20,000 nucleotides of DNA. Source: an uncultured virus (IMG/VR IMGVR_UViG_3300005674_000175) (Duplodnaviria; Heunggongvirae; Uroviricota; Caudoviricetes). Positions within the stretch are counted from its first letter, which is position 1. Each line of letters starts with the position of its first letter. Shown piece by piece: positions 8,764 to 17,312 of the stretch. A model generated the notes under the pieces. It was not told the origin of the DNA, did not search any database, and saw only the letters and a list, made by a program, of their open reading frames with translations. The DNA lies in the IMG/VR virus record IMGVR_UViG_3300005674_000175. The stretch is one strand, 5' to 3'. The translations under genes were made by a program, and so were the position numbers.

Positions 8764-9975
8764 ATGCCGATAAACGATACTCTTGATGACATTTTTGGTA
8801 TCCCCAAGGATGGCTCAAATATAAAAGAAGAAGCAGATGAAAGTCAAGAATCTTCTTATGCAGAGGTTGTTACTAACGTTAGTGCTGAAACGTTTGAACA
8901 AAAAGCTAAGAAGATGAGCGCCGTTTTGCCTAAAAACGCTTCTAATATTGAGGTTTCTTATGTAGAAAAAGGGGGGCAAGATGCCTCGAAAAAAGAAACA
9001 ACCCAATCAACAGAGCAGCCAAAGGCAGAAGAAAAATCTAAAGCAGCAGAACAGCCAAGACCAGTCGAGCAAGAAAAAAGTAAGGACTCCTTTAAAGAAA
9101 TACTGTCAAAGTCATTTCTCGGTGGAGAGCCTACCCCTAGCGAGGTACAACCCGTGGTGCAAAAACAAGCCGTTGATAATCAAGATACAGAGCCTGGAGA
9201 AGATGCTCAAGAGGAGAGCGAAACAGTTTCCCAAGTAACTCCTTCGTATAAAGCAGATCCAGATGAAGATGGATGGATGCTTGTTGCCCCGTCTCCAATG
9301 CTTATTTCATTCTATGTTGAAAAACAAAGATTTATTCGAGACCTTACGAAGGGTAAAAAGCCAATAAATGTAGATAAGTTACTTGCAGAGCTTGAAAATT
9401 CAACAGTAAGTATTCGTGTTGAAATATCTGATTTACATGGTATGTCAGATAAGCTTACGACGATTCAAAGTTTTTTGGATAGGGTTGTCCAAATAAAGAT
9501 TCTTGCAACAGGACAATGCGCTGCTTGTAAGAGAGGCGTAGAGCTTCTTAGGGGAGTTCTTGCTAGGGTTCTTCATGAAAAGCCAGCAGCAAAGCAAGAT
9601 GGTATCATATATGAACATATGAGAGATGTTGAAATGTATGCTGCTAAAGTAGAATCTTTGGAACAATCTGCTAAGGATGTTTATCATAATCTTCTAGAAG
9701 CAAAAGAAATACTAAGTAGGAAGTTGAGTATTTCAATCGAACTTATGAAACAGCAAAATTTGCCGAATTCCTTAGAAAAGAATTATAATGCTCTACCAGA
9801 CCCTGTAAAGCAGGCTATACAAGCCTCACAAAAGTCATTATCTTCAGGAAAATTGGCCGCTGAGGGGTTCGATAGCCTAGAAGTACAAGAGACCGTGAAA
9901 GCTCAAAATACAGAGGTAAAACCTCCGATACAGAAGAAGGCCGGAAAGTTGAATGAAGACTTTAGTATGGACTGA
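8764..9975 (+). CDS. Hypothetical protein: acidic disordered N-half, helical/coiled-coil C-half
   Basis: Long ORF (8743 TTG or 8764 ATG start); composition-based domain description. Confidence 0.75.
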   Translation: MPINDTLDDIFGIPKDGSNIKEEADESQESSYAEVVTNVSAETFEQKAKKMSAVLPKNASNIEVSYVEKGGQDASKKETTQSTEQPKAEEKSKAAEQPRPVEQEKSKDSFKEILSKSFLGGEPTPSEVQPVVQKQAVDNQDTEPGEDAQEESETVSQVTPSYKADPDEDGWMLVAPSPMLISFYVEKQRFIRDLTKGKKPINVDKLLAELENSTVSIRVEISDLHGMSDKLTTIQSFLDRVVQIKILATGQCAACKRGVELLRGVLARVLHEKPAAKQDGIIYEHMRDVEMYAAKVESLEQSAKDVYHNLLEAKEILSRKLSISIELMKQQNLPNSLEKNYNALPDPVKQAIQASQKSLSSGKLAAEGFDSLEVQETVKAQNTEVKPPIQKKAGKLNEDFSMD

Positions 9976-9994
9976 AAGATTTTGGTGAAAATAC

Positions 9995-10022
9995 TAAAGA
10001 AGTTGATATAAATTGTCGATTA
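9995..10022 (+). promoter_or_regulatory. Putative sigma-28-like promoter TAAA-N16-GTCGATTA upstream of ssb leader
   Basis: Close to the FliA/SigD consensus TAAA-N15/16-GCCGATAA; the same core recurs in other intergenic gaps. Confidence 0.4.
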
Positions 10023-10262
10023 ATAGATACTCAGTTGGATAAAGGGAGGATAAATGTTTAGATTTGGAAAGTTTGGTTTTTTGTTAGATTAAAATGGTTC
10101 AAATTTTAGGTTTTATATGCTATTGTTACTGAGTTAGTAGAGAACCGAGAAAAGAGAACAGAGAAATAGAGATTCTGAGCGTTTCAGGGTTTCGAGAAGA
10201 TGTAGAAGTTAGAAATAGATGAACTCAAACAGTTTTAGAGTTCCGAGAAAAGGAGATTAGAA

Positions 10263-10946
10263 ATGAGTAAGCTTATTGGTTGGGGCGATGTTGATAATGG
10301 TCCGAAGGGTAAGAAAGGCGGAGGCACTGATAGCAAGTATTTGAAGTTATCAGGAAGTATTCAGGGAACTTCTTTCCGCATTCGTCCAGTTGGTGATCCC
10401 TGTGCATTTTACGCATATTACGTTGCTAGCCCAGATGACCCAAAGAGGTTCAATAGGGCTATCACAGAAGACCCACAAAACTGCGTTATCGCGCAGAAGT
10501 ATAATATCGAAGCCAAGCTTCGTTATGCTACAAACGTAATCGACAGAGCTGATGGTAAGCTCAAGATTATGGAAGCACCTGCCAGCGTCTTTGAAGCAAT
10601 CAAGATGTGGGCTAAGGCTGCTGGTCAAGAACCCGGCGGCAAGGGCGGCGCTGACTTCGAGATTACTGTAAAGATCCCTGCAAACGGGGACAAGAAACGC
10701 ACTGAGTATAAGACCACTCCGATTATTCAGACTCCTTGGACTGATGAGGATAGGGAGGCTGTAAAGATGGTCAATGATGGTAAGCTTTGGGATTTGGAGA
10801 AGGAATTTGCTTCAACTCCTCAAGCCGAGATTGAGGCTAAGCTCTTTGGTCCTAAGAAGACCGCTGCTACTGGTAATGCTCCCGCAGCTCCCGCTGCTGT
10901 TGCTGCAAAAGCCGGTCCTGCCAGCGCAAATGACTTTGGCTTCTAA
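10263..10946 (+). CDS. Phage single-stranded DNA-binding protein, gp32-like
   Basis: YLKL...FRIRPVG, YATNVIDRADGKLKIME, GADFEITV, Ala-rich linker ending NDFGF; AAGGAG RBS; adjacent to recA. Confidence 0.7.
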   Translation: MSKLIGWGDVDNGPKGKKGGGTDSKYLKLSGSIQGTSFRIRPVGDPCAFYAYYVASPDDPKRFNRAITEDPQNCVIAQKYNIEAKLRYATNVIDRADGKLKIMEAPASVFEAIKMWAKAAGQEPGGKGGADFEITVKIPANGDKKRTEYKTTPIIQTPWTDEDREAVKMVNDGKLWDLEKEFASTPQAEIEAKLFGPKKTAATGNAPAAPAAVAAKAGPASANDFGF

Positions 10947-10967
10947 ATAAAACTAACAATCGTTAGT

Positions 10968-11012
10968 AAAGACGCTGTGGTTGCCCGTATATGCGGGCAA
11001 CTACAGTCGTTT
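10968..11012 (+). terminator. Long hairpin at the convergent ends of ssb and the HNH-like gene (possibly bidirectional terminator)
   Basis: AAAGACGCTGTGGTTGCCCG-TATATG-CGGGCAACTACAG(T)CGTTT, about 18-19 bp stem including G-U pairs and one bulge. Confidence 0.6.
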
Positions 11013-11477
11013 AATGGCTTCTGCCATCTCAATTATTTCTTTATCTGTCCAGTCTTTCCTGAACATATTGAACTTGTGCGTAACAAATCTAATGTTTTCT
11101 ACAACATAGCCACCTTTAGGATCTATTCTGTCTATACTCCAGACGTTATCAGGTTTGCCTTTGCGATTAGTTTTCCCCTCTAGGTTCCACATCATCTTTT
11201 CTTTTGTAACTTCACATGTCCAGTTTATTTCTTCTAAGCGATTTAGAACCCAATCTGTAGATAGGTTGTATTGAATGTTCTTCTTTTTGCAATTAAAACG
11301 AATGGACATTAGCCTTTTTGAAACGGCTCCTTTTTTAGTTCCTTTTCTGTAGGCCTCTATGCGTTTTTTCTCGCACTTTTTGCAGATGCTATAAAGGTAT
11401 GTAGTCTTGTTCTTTGTTTTTCTTAAACTAAAGCATGAATCAGGAAATTCATTGTTACATTTGGAGCATTTTTTCAT
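11001..11477 (-). CDS. Free-standing Zn-finger + HNH-like endonuclease (putative homing endonuclease)
   Basis: KKCSKC...CKKC N-terminus; CEVT...SIDRIDPKGGYVVENIRFVTHKFN is the phage HNH-variant motif. Start placed at MKKC (11477). Only credible - strand gene. Confidence 0.8.
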   Translation of the reverse strand: MKKCSKCNNEFPDSCFSLRKTKNKTTYLYSICKKCEKKRIEAYRKGTKKGAVSKRLMSIRFNCKKKNIQYNLSTDWVLNRLEEINWTCEVTKEKMMWNLEGKTNRKGKPDNVWSIDRIDPKGGYVVENIRFVTHKFNMFRKDWTDKEIIEMAEAIKRL

Positions 11478-11598
11478 ATGATAGTATTTCAAATAAACGC
11501 CGTTCAATTCCTTGTGACACGGCGATGAATTTTGGTGAATTAACACTGGCCACAGCGTTTTTGTTACGACATAGAGAATAGAGATAAGGAGAATTGAA

Positions 11599-12834
11599 AT
11601 GGCGAAAAAGAATTCAGCGATAGCAAACTTTGAAGGTTTTGATTTCGGCGGCGAAGAGAATCCTACAGAGTTTATTCCAACAGGACATGCAGAACTTGAT
11701 TACATTATTTCAAGCGGTCTTTTGAATAATACTGAAGACGAAGTGAATACCGGAGGGCTACCCACTGGTAAGATAGTAATGATATACGGCGGCGAAGGCG
11801 GCGGTAAGTCTTCTCTTGCGTATGCGATTTGCGGTTCAGCGCAAAGAATGGGTAAGATTGCTATTTGGGTTGATGTTGAGAACTCTTTCAGCGAGTCTCT
11901 TGCAAAGATTAATGGCGTAGATCGTTCTAGGCTTGGTCTTAAAACGATGTACGATAAGAAGAATCCAGATAAACCTTTTGATGGCGAATATGCTCTTGAT
12001 TGCGTAATGGATGCTTGTAAAAAGGGAGCAGGAGTTGTTGTTCTTGACTCTGTTGCAAGCCTTGTTCCTCGTTATGTAATGGAAAATCCTGCTGAGAAAG
12101 ATACGATGGCTGCTCTTGCTCGTTTGCTTGGCAAGACAGTTAATAAGATTGCAAGTCTTGCAGCAGCAAACAATGTTCTTGTTATTTTCATCAATCAACT
12201 TAGAATATCTCCCGGGGTTGCATTCAAGAATCCAGAGGGATATCCCGGAGGCAAGGCAATTGCCCATGCTTCATCTGTTATCCTTAAGTTGAATAAGAAG
12301 ACGGCTAAGGATTCTTATACATACATTGAAGATGATAATGGAGAGCAAAAGATGATTGCCGGCGCAGCGAATATCTTCATTGAGAAGAATCGTTTTGCTC
12401 CTCCTCACTTTGGGGCTATTCAAATTCCAATTTACTACGAACACTACTTCCCTCAAGTTGAAGAGACTGTATTTGAGGCAGGTCGTCAGACTAAGACAAT
12501 ATCTGTTCGTAATGGGGTATTTTCTTGGAATGGCATTAAGAAAGAGGGTAAGAAGGCGTTTATCGCTGAAATCATGGCGAAAAACAAGCTTGATGAACTC
12601 GTTGCAGCAATTAGAGAAGATGCTAGCGAAAGCAAGACAATTCTTCCTACAGCAGTATTGAACTATGAAAAGCATGTTGCCTTTACTGCCAAGAATAAAG
12701 AGAAACTTGCAAAGGGAAAGGCGAAGGCCGATGCTGATGCAAAGAAAGCCGAGAAAGAAAAAGATGTAGATGATATTCTTGGCGGTGGAGAGAGCGAAAC
12801 GGAGGTTCCGAAAGCCGACAATCCTGAGTTATGA
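11599..12834 (+). CDS. recA: RecA-family recombinase (divergent, phage type)
   Basis: IPTGHAELD, GGLPTGKIVMIYGGEGGGKSS (Walker A), VVLDSVASL (Walker B), IFINQLR, PGGKAI, KNRFAPP; charged C-terminal tail. Confidence 0.93.
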   Translation: MAKKNSAIANFEGFDFGGEENPTEFIPTGHAELDYIISSGLLNNTEDEVNTGGLPTGKIVMIYGGEGGGKSSLAYAICGSAQRMGKIAIWVDVENSFSESLAKINGVDRSRLGLKTMYDKKNPDKPFDGEYALDCVMDACKKGAGVVVLDSVASLVPRYVMENPAEKDTMAALARLLGKTVNKIASLAAANNVLVIFINQLRISPGVAFKNPEGYPGGKAIAHASSVILKLNKKTAKDSYTYIEDDNGEQKMIAGAANIFIEKNRFAPPHFGAIQIPIYYEHYFPQVEETVFEAGRQTKTISVRNGVFSWNGIKKEGKKAFIAEIMAKNKLDELVAAIREDASESKTILPTAVLNYEKHVAFTAKNKEKLAKGKAKADADAKKAEKEKDVDDILGGGESETEVPKADNPEL

Positions 12835-13607
12835 TAGTTCATTTTTCAGAAGTAGATCGCAACAAAATCGCAACACTTGCCCAAAAAACATTGTGGGAAG
12901 AAGAAAGCGAAGATGTATTTGAAGCGCTCAAATATCTGAGAGAAGAGAGATGTCTTTCAGATGAAGTAATAAAGGCGTTCCGCTTCGGATACTATCCTCA
13001 GAGATTGAAAGCAGAGGGGCATGACTGGGCCGGAAGGCTCATCATGCCATTGTATGACCAACATGACAAGTTAATCGTTCTTACATCTAGAGATTTCAGA
13101 TGTAAGGATAAGACCAAAATGCCTCACCTTCATGAAAAGTTTGATAAGAAGTTCTTCATGTTTGGTATGAATGTTGCTAAATCAAGTATTATACAAAGAC
13201 AGAAAGCAATAGTGGTAGAAGGGCAGTTTGATACGGCCTGCTCTCATACAAAAGGTTTTACTATGGCTGTTGGAATTCTAGGTAGCGCTTTTAGCCCGTA
13301 TCATCTATGCGTATTATCTAGATATTGTAATGATATTTTCTTGTCGTTTGATGCTGATGATTCTGGATTTAAGAATCTGAGTCGTTCTATAAGAATGTAT
13401 AGAGATTTTGGTTTAGAGTCTTTTGGTATTCGTTTTATTCCGGTTGTTCTTCCAAAGCATAAAGACCCGGATGAGTTTTTGAAGAAAGAAACACCTGCTG
13501 ATTATTTGGAACTTCTTAAAGAAGCAAAAAGCAAAGTTGAAGAACTAGGCGTTCTTAAATACTGCTATAGACTTGCTAGTATGAATAATAAGATAGAGAT
13601 TGATTAA
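12831..13607 (+). CDS. dnaG: DnaG-type primase core (TOPRIM) without N-terminal zinc-binding domain
   Basis: YLREERCLS...FRFGY, GRLIMPL, IVVEGQFD, LGSAFS, SFDADDSG, KDPDEF. Confidence 0.88.
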   Translation: MIVHFSEVDRNKIATLAQKTLWEEESEDVFEALKYLREERCLSDEVIKAFRFGYYPQRLKAEGHDWAGRLIMPLYDQHDKLIVLTSRDFRCKDKTKMPHLHEKFDKKFFMFGMNVAKSSIIQRQKAIVVEGQFDTACSHTKGFTMAVGILGSAFSPYHLCVLSRYCNDIFLSFDADDSGFKNLSRSIRMYRDFGLESFGIRFIPVVLPKHKDPDEFLKKETPADYLELLKEAKSKVEELGVLKYCYRLASMNNKIEID

Positions 13608-13616
13608 GGAATAGAT

Positions 13617-14618
13617 ATGGCTATCGCTCAACCACCTGAAGTAACAAACATAATGAACGTTCTTAATACGTTTCTGAAATGGAAAAGCCTTAATGGGCCA
13701 CCAAGAGGTTATACCTCATACCATCCGTCCTCGTTTGGTGGATGTCTTCGAAAAGCTCAGTATCAAAGGTATATGGATATGGGTCTAGTTAAGGCTGAAG
13801 CTGCCGAGCAAGAGCCTAAGACAGTCAGAATTTTTGATACGGGTCATAGTATGCATTCTCGTTGGGCGCATTATTTTGAACAGATTGGCGTTCTTAGGGG
13901 AGTATGGGAATGCGCTAATGAATGTTGTCATCTTTGGGATGATAAAGGAGAGTTTATTGTTGGAAATCCGGGGATAGAAAATCCTGCTCTTCCAAGGAAA
14001 GGTAGAATGTATGGTCTTGATAACAAAATAGGTTGTTTCAGGCCAAAGGTATGCGTTTGTGGTAATACCAAGTTCCGTTATCATGAAATAACAGTTGAGG
14101 ATAAGGAACTTAACTTTCATGGTCACTGCGATCAAATCCTTGATTTTTCACAGTTTGATCCGGGAATGTTCGCAAAAGGCAATAAGGTTGATGTTTTATT
14201 TAGAGCAGAAGACTTGCCAAAGAAGCCAGTTGTCTTAGATATGAAGTCTATAAACTCGTTTTCTTTCAAATCCAAGTTAGAAATGGGTCCATCGCTTGTA
14301 TATAGGACTCAGTTGGTTATTTATTGTAATCTTTTGGATTTGGATTTTGGAGTGTTAATATACGAGAATAAGGATGATTCGAATACTAAAATCTACAAAA
14401 TTGATAGAAATCCTGAGATGTGGCTTAAGATCAAGGATCAAGCAAGCAAAATGAATGAAATGGTTGAAGATAAACTCCTTCCGCCTCCTAGACCTGTATC
14501 TAAGGAGGACTTTGATTGTAGGTATTGTGAATTCCAGTCGATATGTCATAATAGTAAAGCCTGGCAAGATCCAGAACTATTGCAGAAGCGACTGAAGTTT
14601 TATGGTACATTAGAATGA
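13617..14618 (+). CDS. Cas4-like PD-(D/E)XK exonuclease with Fe-S-type cysteines
   Basis: HPSSFGGCLRK, FDTGHSMH, GHCDQ, LDMKS, QLVIY, CRYCEFQSIC. Confidence 0.85.
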   Translation: MAIAQPPEVTNIMNVLNTFLKWKSLNGPPRGYTSYHPSSFGGCLRKAQYQRYMDMGLVKAEAAEQEPKTVRIFDTGHSMHSRWAHYFEQIGVLRGVWECANECCHLWDDKGEFIVGNPGIENPALPRKGRMYGLDNKIGCFRPKVCVCGNTKFRYHEITVEDKELNFHGHCDQILDFSQFDPGMFAKGNKVDVLFRAEDLPKKPVVLDMKSINSFSFKSKLEMGPSLVYRTQLVIYCNLLDLDFGVLIYENKDDSNTKIYKIDRNPEMWLKIKDQASKMNEMVEDKLLPPPRPVSKEDFDCRYCEFQSICHNSKAWQDPELLQKRLKFYGTLE

Positions 14619-14630
14619 GGAGTTTAACAA

Positions 14631-14942
14631 ATGTCGGATACTACAAATGATATTACTCTTTTGAAGGTAAAAGGAGAGGGTAGCTTTCAGGATGATAGGT
14701 CTCGTAAGGATTATGTGAAGAGTTTAGCATCCGCTATTTTAACAGTTATTGGCAAACATGGTCATGCCAAACTTAAAACGGTTGGAGCGTCGTCCGGAAA
14801 TAACGCTTGGAAAGCAATAATCATAGCAAGAGGGGAAGCTTCAAAAAAGGGACTTGACCTTGTGGTTGAGCCGTCTTTTGATAGCGCCTCGTTCGATAGT
14901 GGGGAGAAGACTGCGATTGTTCTCAAAGTTTGTCCCCGATAA
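14631..14942 (+). CDS. spoVS: SpoVS-family (Alba-like) protein
   Basis: LLKV...SLASAI...VGASSGNNAWKAIIIARG...GLDLVVEPSF...GEKTAIVLKVCPR aligns along its length with SpoVS (IGAGALNQAVKAVAIARG...GIDLICIPAF...GEERTAIKLIVEPR). Confidence 0.85.
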   Translation: MSDTTNDITLLKVKGEGSFQDDRSRKDYVKSLASAILTVIGKHGHAKLKTVGASSGNNAWKAIIIARGEASKKGLDLVVEPSFDSASFDSGEKTAIVLKVCPR

Positions 14943-14954
14943 GGAGATGTAGCA

Positions 14955-15593
14955 ATGTACGATGAAGAAGAAGTTGGCATGTCATTCTTGAAACTTAATG
15001 ATATTCTAAGTGGAAATCAATCGCTAACAGACAAGTATGATATTGAACCAGTGCTTTCTGCAATGTCTCAAATGGAGAAGAAGGTTGAGTTTTTGAAAGA
15101 ACTCAAAAAGAGAAGAGCTTCTCTTATTGATGAGCAGATTGCCGCTGAAGAAGCAAATATTGAAAAGCTTTGCGATGCCATTAAAAACTGTATGGCGTTG
15201 AATAAGGCAAAAACCCTTGACTTCCCTGGTGTTGGCAAGGTTTCTATTCGTAAGACAAAGGGAACCTGGACGGTTGTTGATGAGAATGGGTTACGTTCTC
15301 ATCTTGAGTCTCTTAATAAGTTTGATGATGTTTCTGAGGAAACTTGGAGATTCAAGAAGAAAGAACTCAATAAGGTTCTCGATGAACTTGAAGCCAATAA
15401 CAACGCTTCAGATCATGTAAAGAGAGAGTCTGAAAAAGAATCGCTTAGCATATCATATGCTAAGGATAATTCTAGTGATGTTCCAGTTGCAGCTCCAGTT
15501 GCAGCTCCAGTTGCAGTTCCGGTTGCAGTTCCGGTTGCAGTTCCGGTTGCAAGGCCGTCTCCTGTTAAATCTTCAGATTCTTTAGTAATTTGA
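14955..15593 (+). CDS. Mu Gam / siphovirus Gp157-like protein
   Basis: Coiled coil followed by KTLDFPGVGKVSIRKTKG..VVDE and KKKELNK; C-terminal PVA repeat. Confidence 0.6.
   Translation: MYDEEEVGMSFLKLNDILSGNQSLTDKYDIEPVLSAMSQMEKKVEFLKELKKRRASLIDEQIAAEEANIEKLCDAIKNCMALNKAKTLDFPGVGKVSIRKTKGTWTVVDENGLRSHLESLNKFDDVSEETWRFKKKELNKVLDELEANNNASDHVKRESEKESLSISYAKDNSSDVPVAAPVAAPVAVPVAVPVAVPVARPSPVKSSDSLVI
15480..15551 (+). repeat. In-frame 12-bp tandem repeat x6, G(T/C)TCC(A/G)GTTGCA, encoding (V/A)PVA
   Basis: Read directly from the sequence. Confidence 0.95.
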
Positions 15594-15595
15594 TT

Positions 15596-16216
15596 ATGTC
15601 TCGCGCTATTTTCATTATTGGACCTCAAGGTTCCGGCTCTTCTGCTTTGGCTGGAGCGCTACATTCTATGGGTATTCATATGGGAGATAAACTGAAAGGT
15701 TCTTCCAAATTAAACCCAAAGGGACATTTTGAAGATGAAGAATTTGAGGATATAGCATTTCTAGAAAATGCTGATATCAATGATGTATGTAGCAGAGTTG
15801 AAGATTACATTAAGAAGAGAAATCAAAGAGAAATCTGGGGATTGAAGCTCTTTTTCATCCCCGGACTTTTCAAATTTATGTTTCCCAATCTTGATGAATG
15901 CAGAGTTTTATCTATAGATAGACCTCCAGAAGGTTGCATAAAAAGTTCTCTTGAAAAGTATGGTCATTTTAGAAGTAGAGAATCTATAGAGGACATGCAT
16001 GCTCGCATTAGAAAGAATAGAGAAAGAATAATAGAAGAGTTTTGTCTTAAGAACTTAGATGTTAACTTCAATAATTTGACAGATAATACGGCCTATGAAA
16101 TAGGCAGGATAGTTGATTTTTGTTTTGAAGGAATGCAAAAACCAGAGCAATCCAAGATAGACGAAGCAATTGCTTTTATAGATCCAAAGTTAAACCACAA
16201 GAGGGAGAATCTCTGA
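15596..16216 (+). CDS. Sulfotransferase-family (P-loop-like) protein
   Basis: IFIIGPQGSGSSALAGAL..MGIHMG, NPKGHFED, WGLK, RPP; matches the GMHRSGTS / N.KG.FED / WG.K family but lacks the usual Arg. Confidence 0.7.
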   Translation: MSRAIFIIGPQGSGSSALAGALHSMGIHMGDKLKGSSKLNPKGHFEDEEFEDIAFLENADINDVCSRVEDYIKKRNQREIWGLKLFFIPGLFKFMFPNLDECRVLSIDRPPEGCIKSSLEKYGHFRSRESIEDMHARIRKNRERIIEEFCLKNLDVNFNNLTDNTAYEIGRIVDFCFEGMQKPEQSKIDEAIAFIDPKLNHKRENL

Positions 16217-17001
16217 TGTATGGCGCTTCCAAAAAGATTAAGGACCAAGAAGAATCTAGGGTTCATCTAAAAGTTCTTTATGATAAGATTCCAGATACTT
16301 ATGGCTGTATGGAGCATATTTCTAAGCCAGAATCAGAAGGCGGTTGCGGAGCCTGGTGTTGCAGACTGCAAAATCCTCAAGTATTGTATGCTGAGTTTTT
16401 GAATTCTTGGAAGTATATATCTGAGAATTTTTCAGACAAAGAGTTTATAAATCTCATAGGAAGATGTTTGAGAAAATATCTGTTCCCAACAGAAAGCAAC
16501 GGCTGTGTTTTGTTTAACGAGGATGAAAAGCTATGTTCTCAACATGATACTAGGCCTTTCAACTGTAGGATTTATGGAATAACTCCCGCAGAAGAATTTA
16601 CGCCAAGATATGAAAGGTTGAAAGTAATCTATCCAGATACAAAAGAACAATGCAATCTTGTAAAAACAAAAGACGGCAGAGCTGTAACAAAAGAAGACAT
16701 TGATAATTGGTGGATAGAGGTTCGTTCTGTTGATATTAGATTGGGAATAAAGCCAGAGTTTATTAATGATGGACAACTCGGTTGCTATAGAACGTATCAT
16801 GATCATATACTTCTTCATATTTTAGGAGAAGCTGGACTTTCTATGTTGACTTCTCTTAGGCTGAATTCATCTAGCGAAGACAAAGAGCATGTAATCGCAA
16901 GTGTTTTGAAATCTATAGTTAAAATGATAGGATCTTTTAAGGGGAATGCCAATGGGCAAGAAAAGAGAGATGCTACCTCCTCGCCGAGTGAAAATAGTTG
17001 A
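16216..17001 (+). CDS. YkgJ-family cysteine-cluster protein (Zn/Fe-S binding)
   Basis: C...CGAWCC, GCVLF...LCSQHDTRPFNCRIYG. Confidence 0.85.
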   Translation: MYGASKKIKDQEESRVHLKVLYDKIPDTYGCMEHISKPESEGGCGAWCCRLQNPQVLYAEFLNSWKYISENFSDKEFINLIGRCLRKYLFPTESNGCVLFNEDEKLCSQHDTRPFNCRIYGITPAEEFTPRYERLKVIYPDTKEQCNLVKTKDGRAVTKEDIDNWWIEVRSVDIRLGIKPEFINDGQLGCYRTYHDHILLHILGEAGLSMLTSLRLNSSSEDKEHVIASVLKSIVKMIGSFKGNANGQEKRDATSSPSENS

Positions 17002-17311
17002 AAGTCAATACATAGAGGAAAGCGATCTCATCAAGTGGACGCTTGAATACCTTGACGATGGTACTGTGCAGACCTATGTTTGGCCCAGTTGCGACCTACT
17101 GAAAGCGCTAAATATAACTAGAACAGAGGTCGAACCTTATCATTTGAAGAAGTTTTGCAAAGATATGCTTAATAAAGAAATCAATTTTGTTATAGATAAG
17201 GAACCAGAACTACCTCAGCCAAATATCACAAAACAAGAATACAAAGGTTTGAGTAAAGGCCTTTGTGAACATTTCAATGTTTTCAAGAAGTCTGTCGAAA
17301 AGGAAAAGTAA
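16952..17311 (+). CDS. Hypothetical protein
   Basis: ORF in co-linear operon; AAGGGGA upstream of ATG 16952. Confidence 0.65.
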   Translation: MGKKREMLPPRRVKIVESQYIEESDLIKWTLEYLDDGTVQTYVWPSCDLLKALNITRTEVEPYHLKKFCKDMLNKEINFVIDKEPELPQPNITKQEYKGLSKGLCEHFNVFKKSVEKEK

Positions 17312-17312
17312 T

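Noticed and set aside
10981..11549. IS200/IS605 or TnpB/IscB element
   Set aside because: Hairpins are present, but the protein has no HUH transposase or RuvC motifs.
13617..14618. CRISPR-Cas locus
   Set aside because: Cas4-like gene is solitary; no repeat-spacer array or other cas genes in the window.
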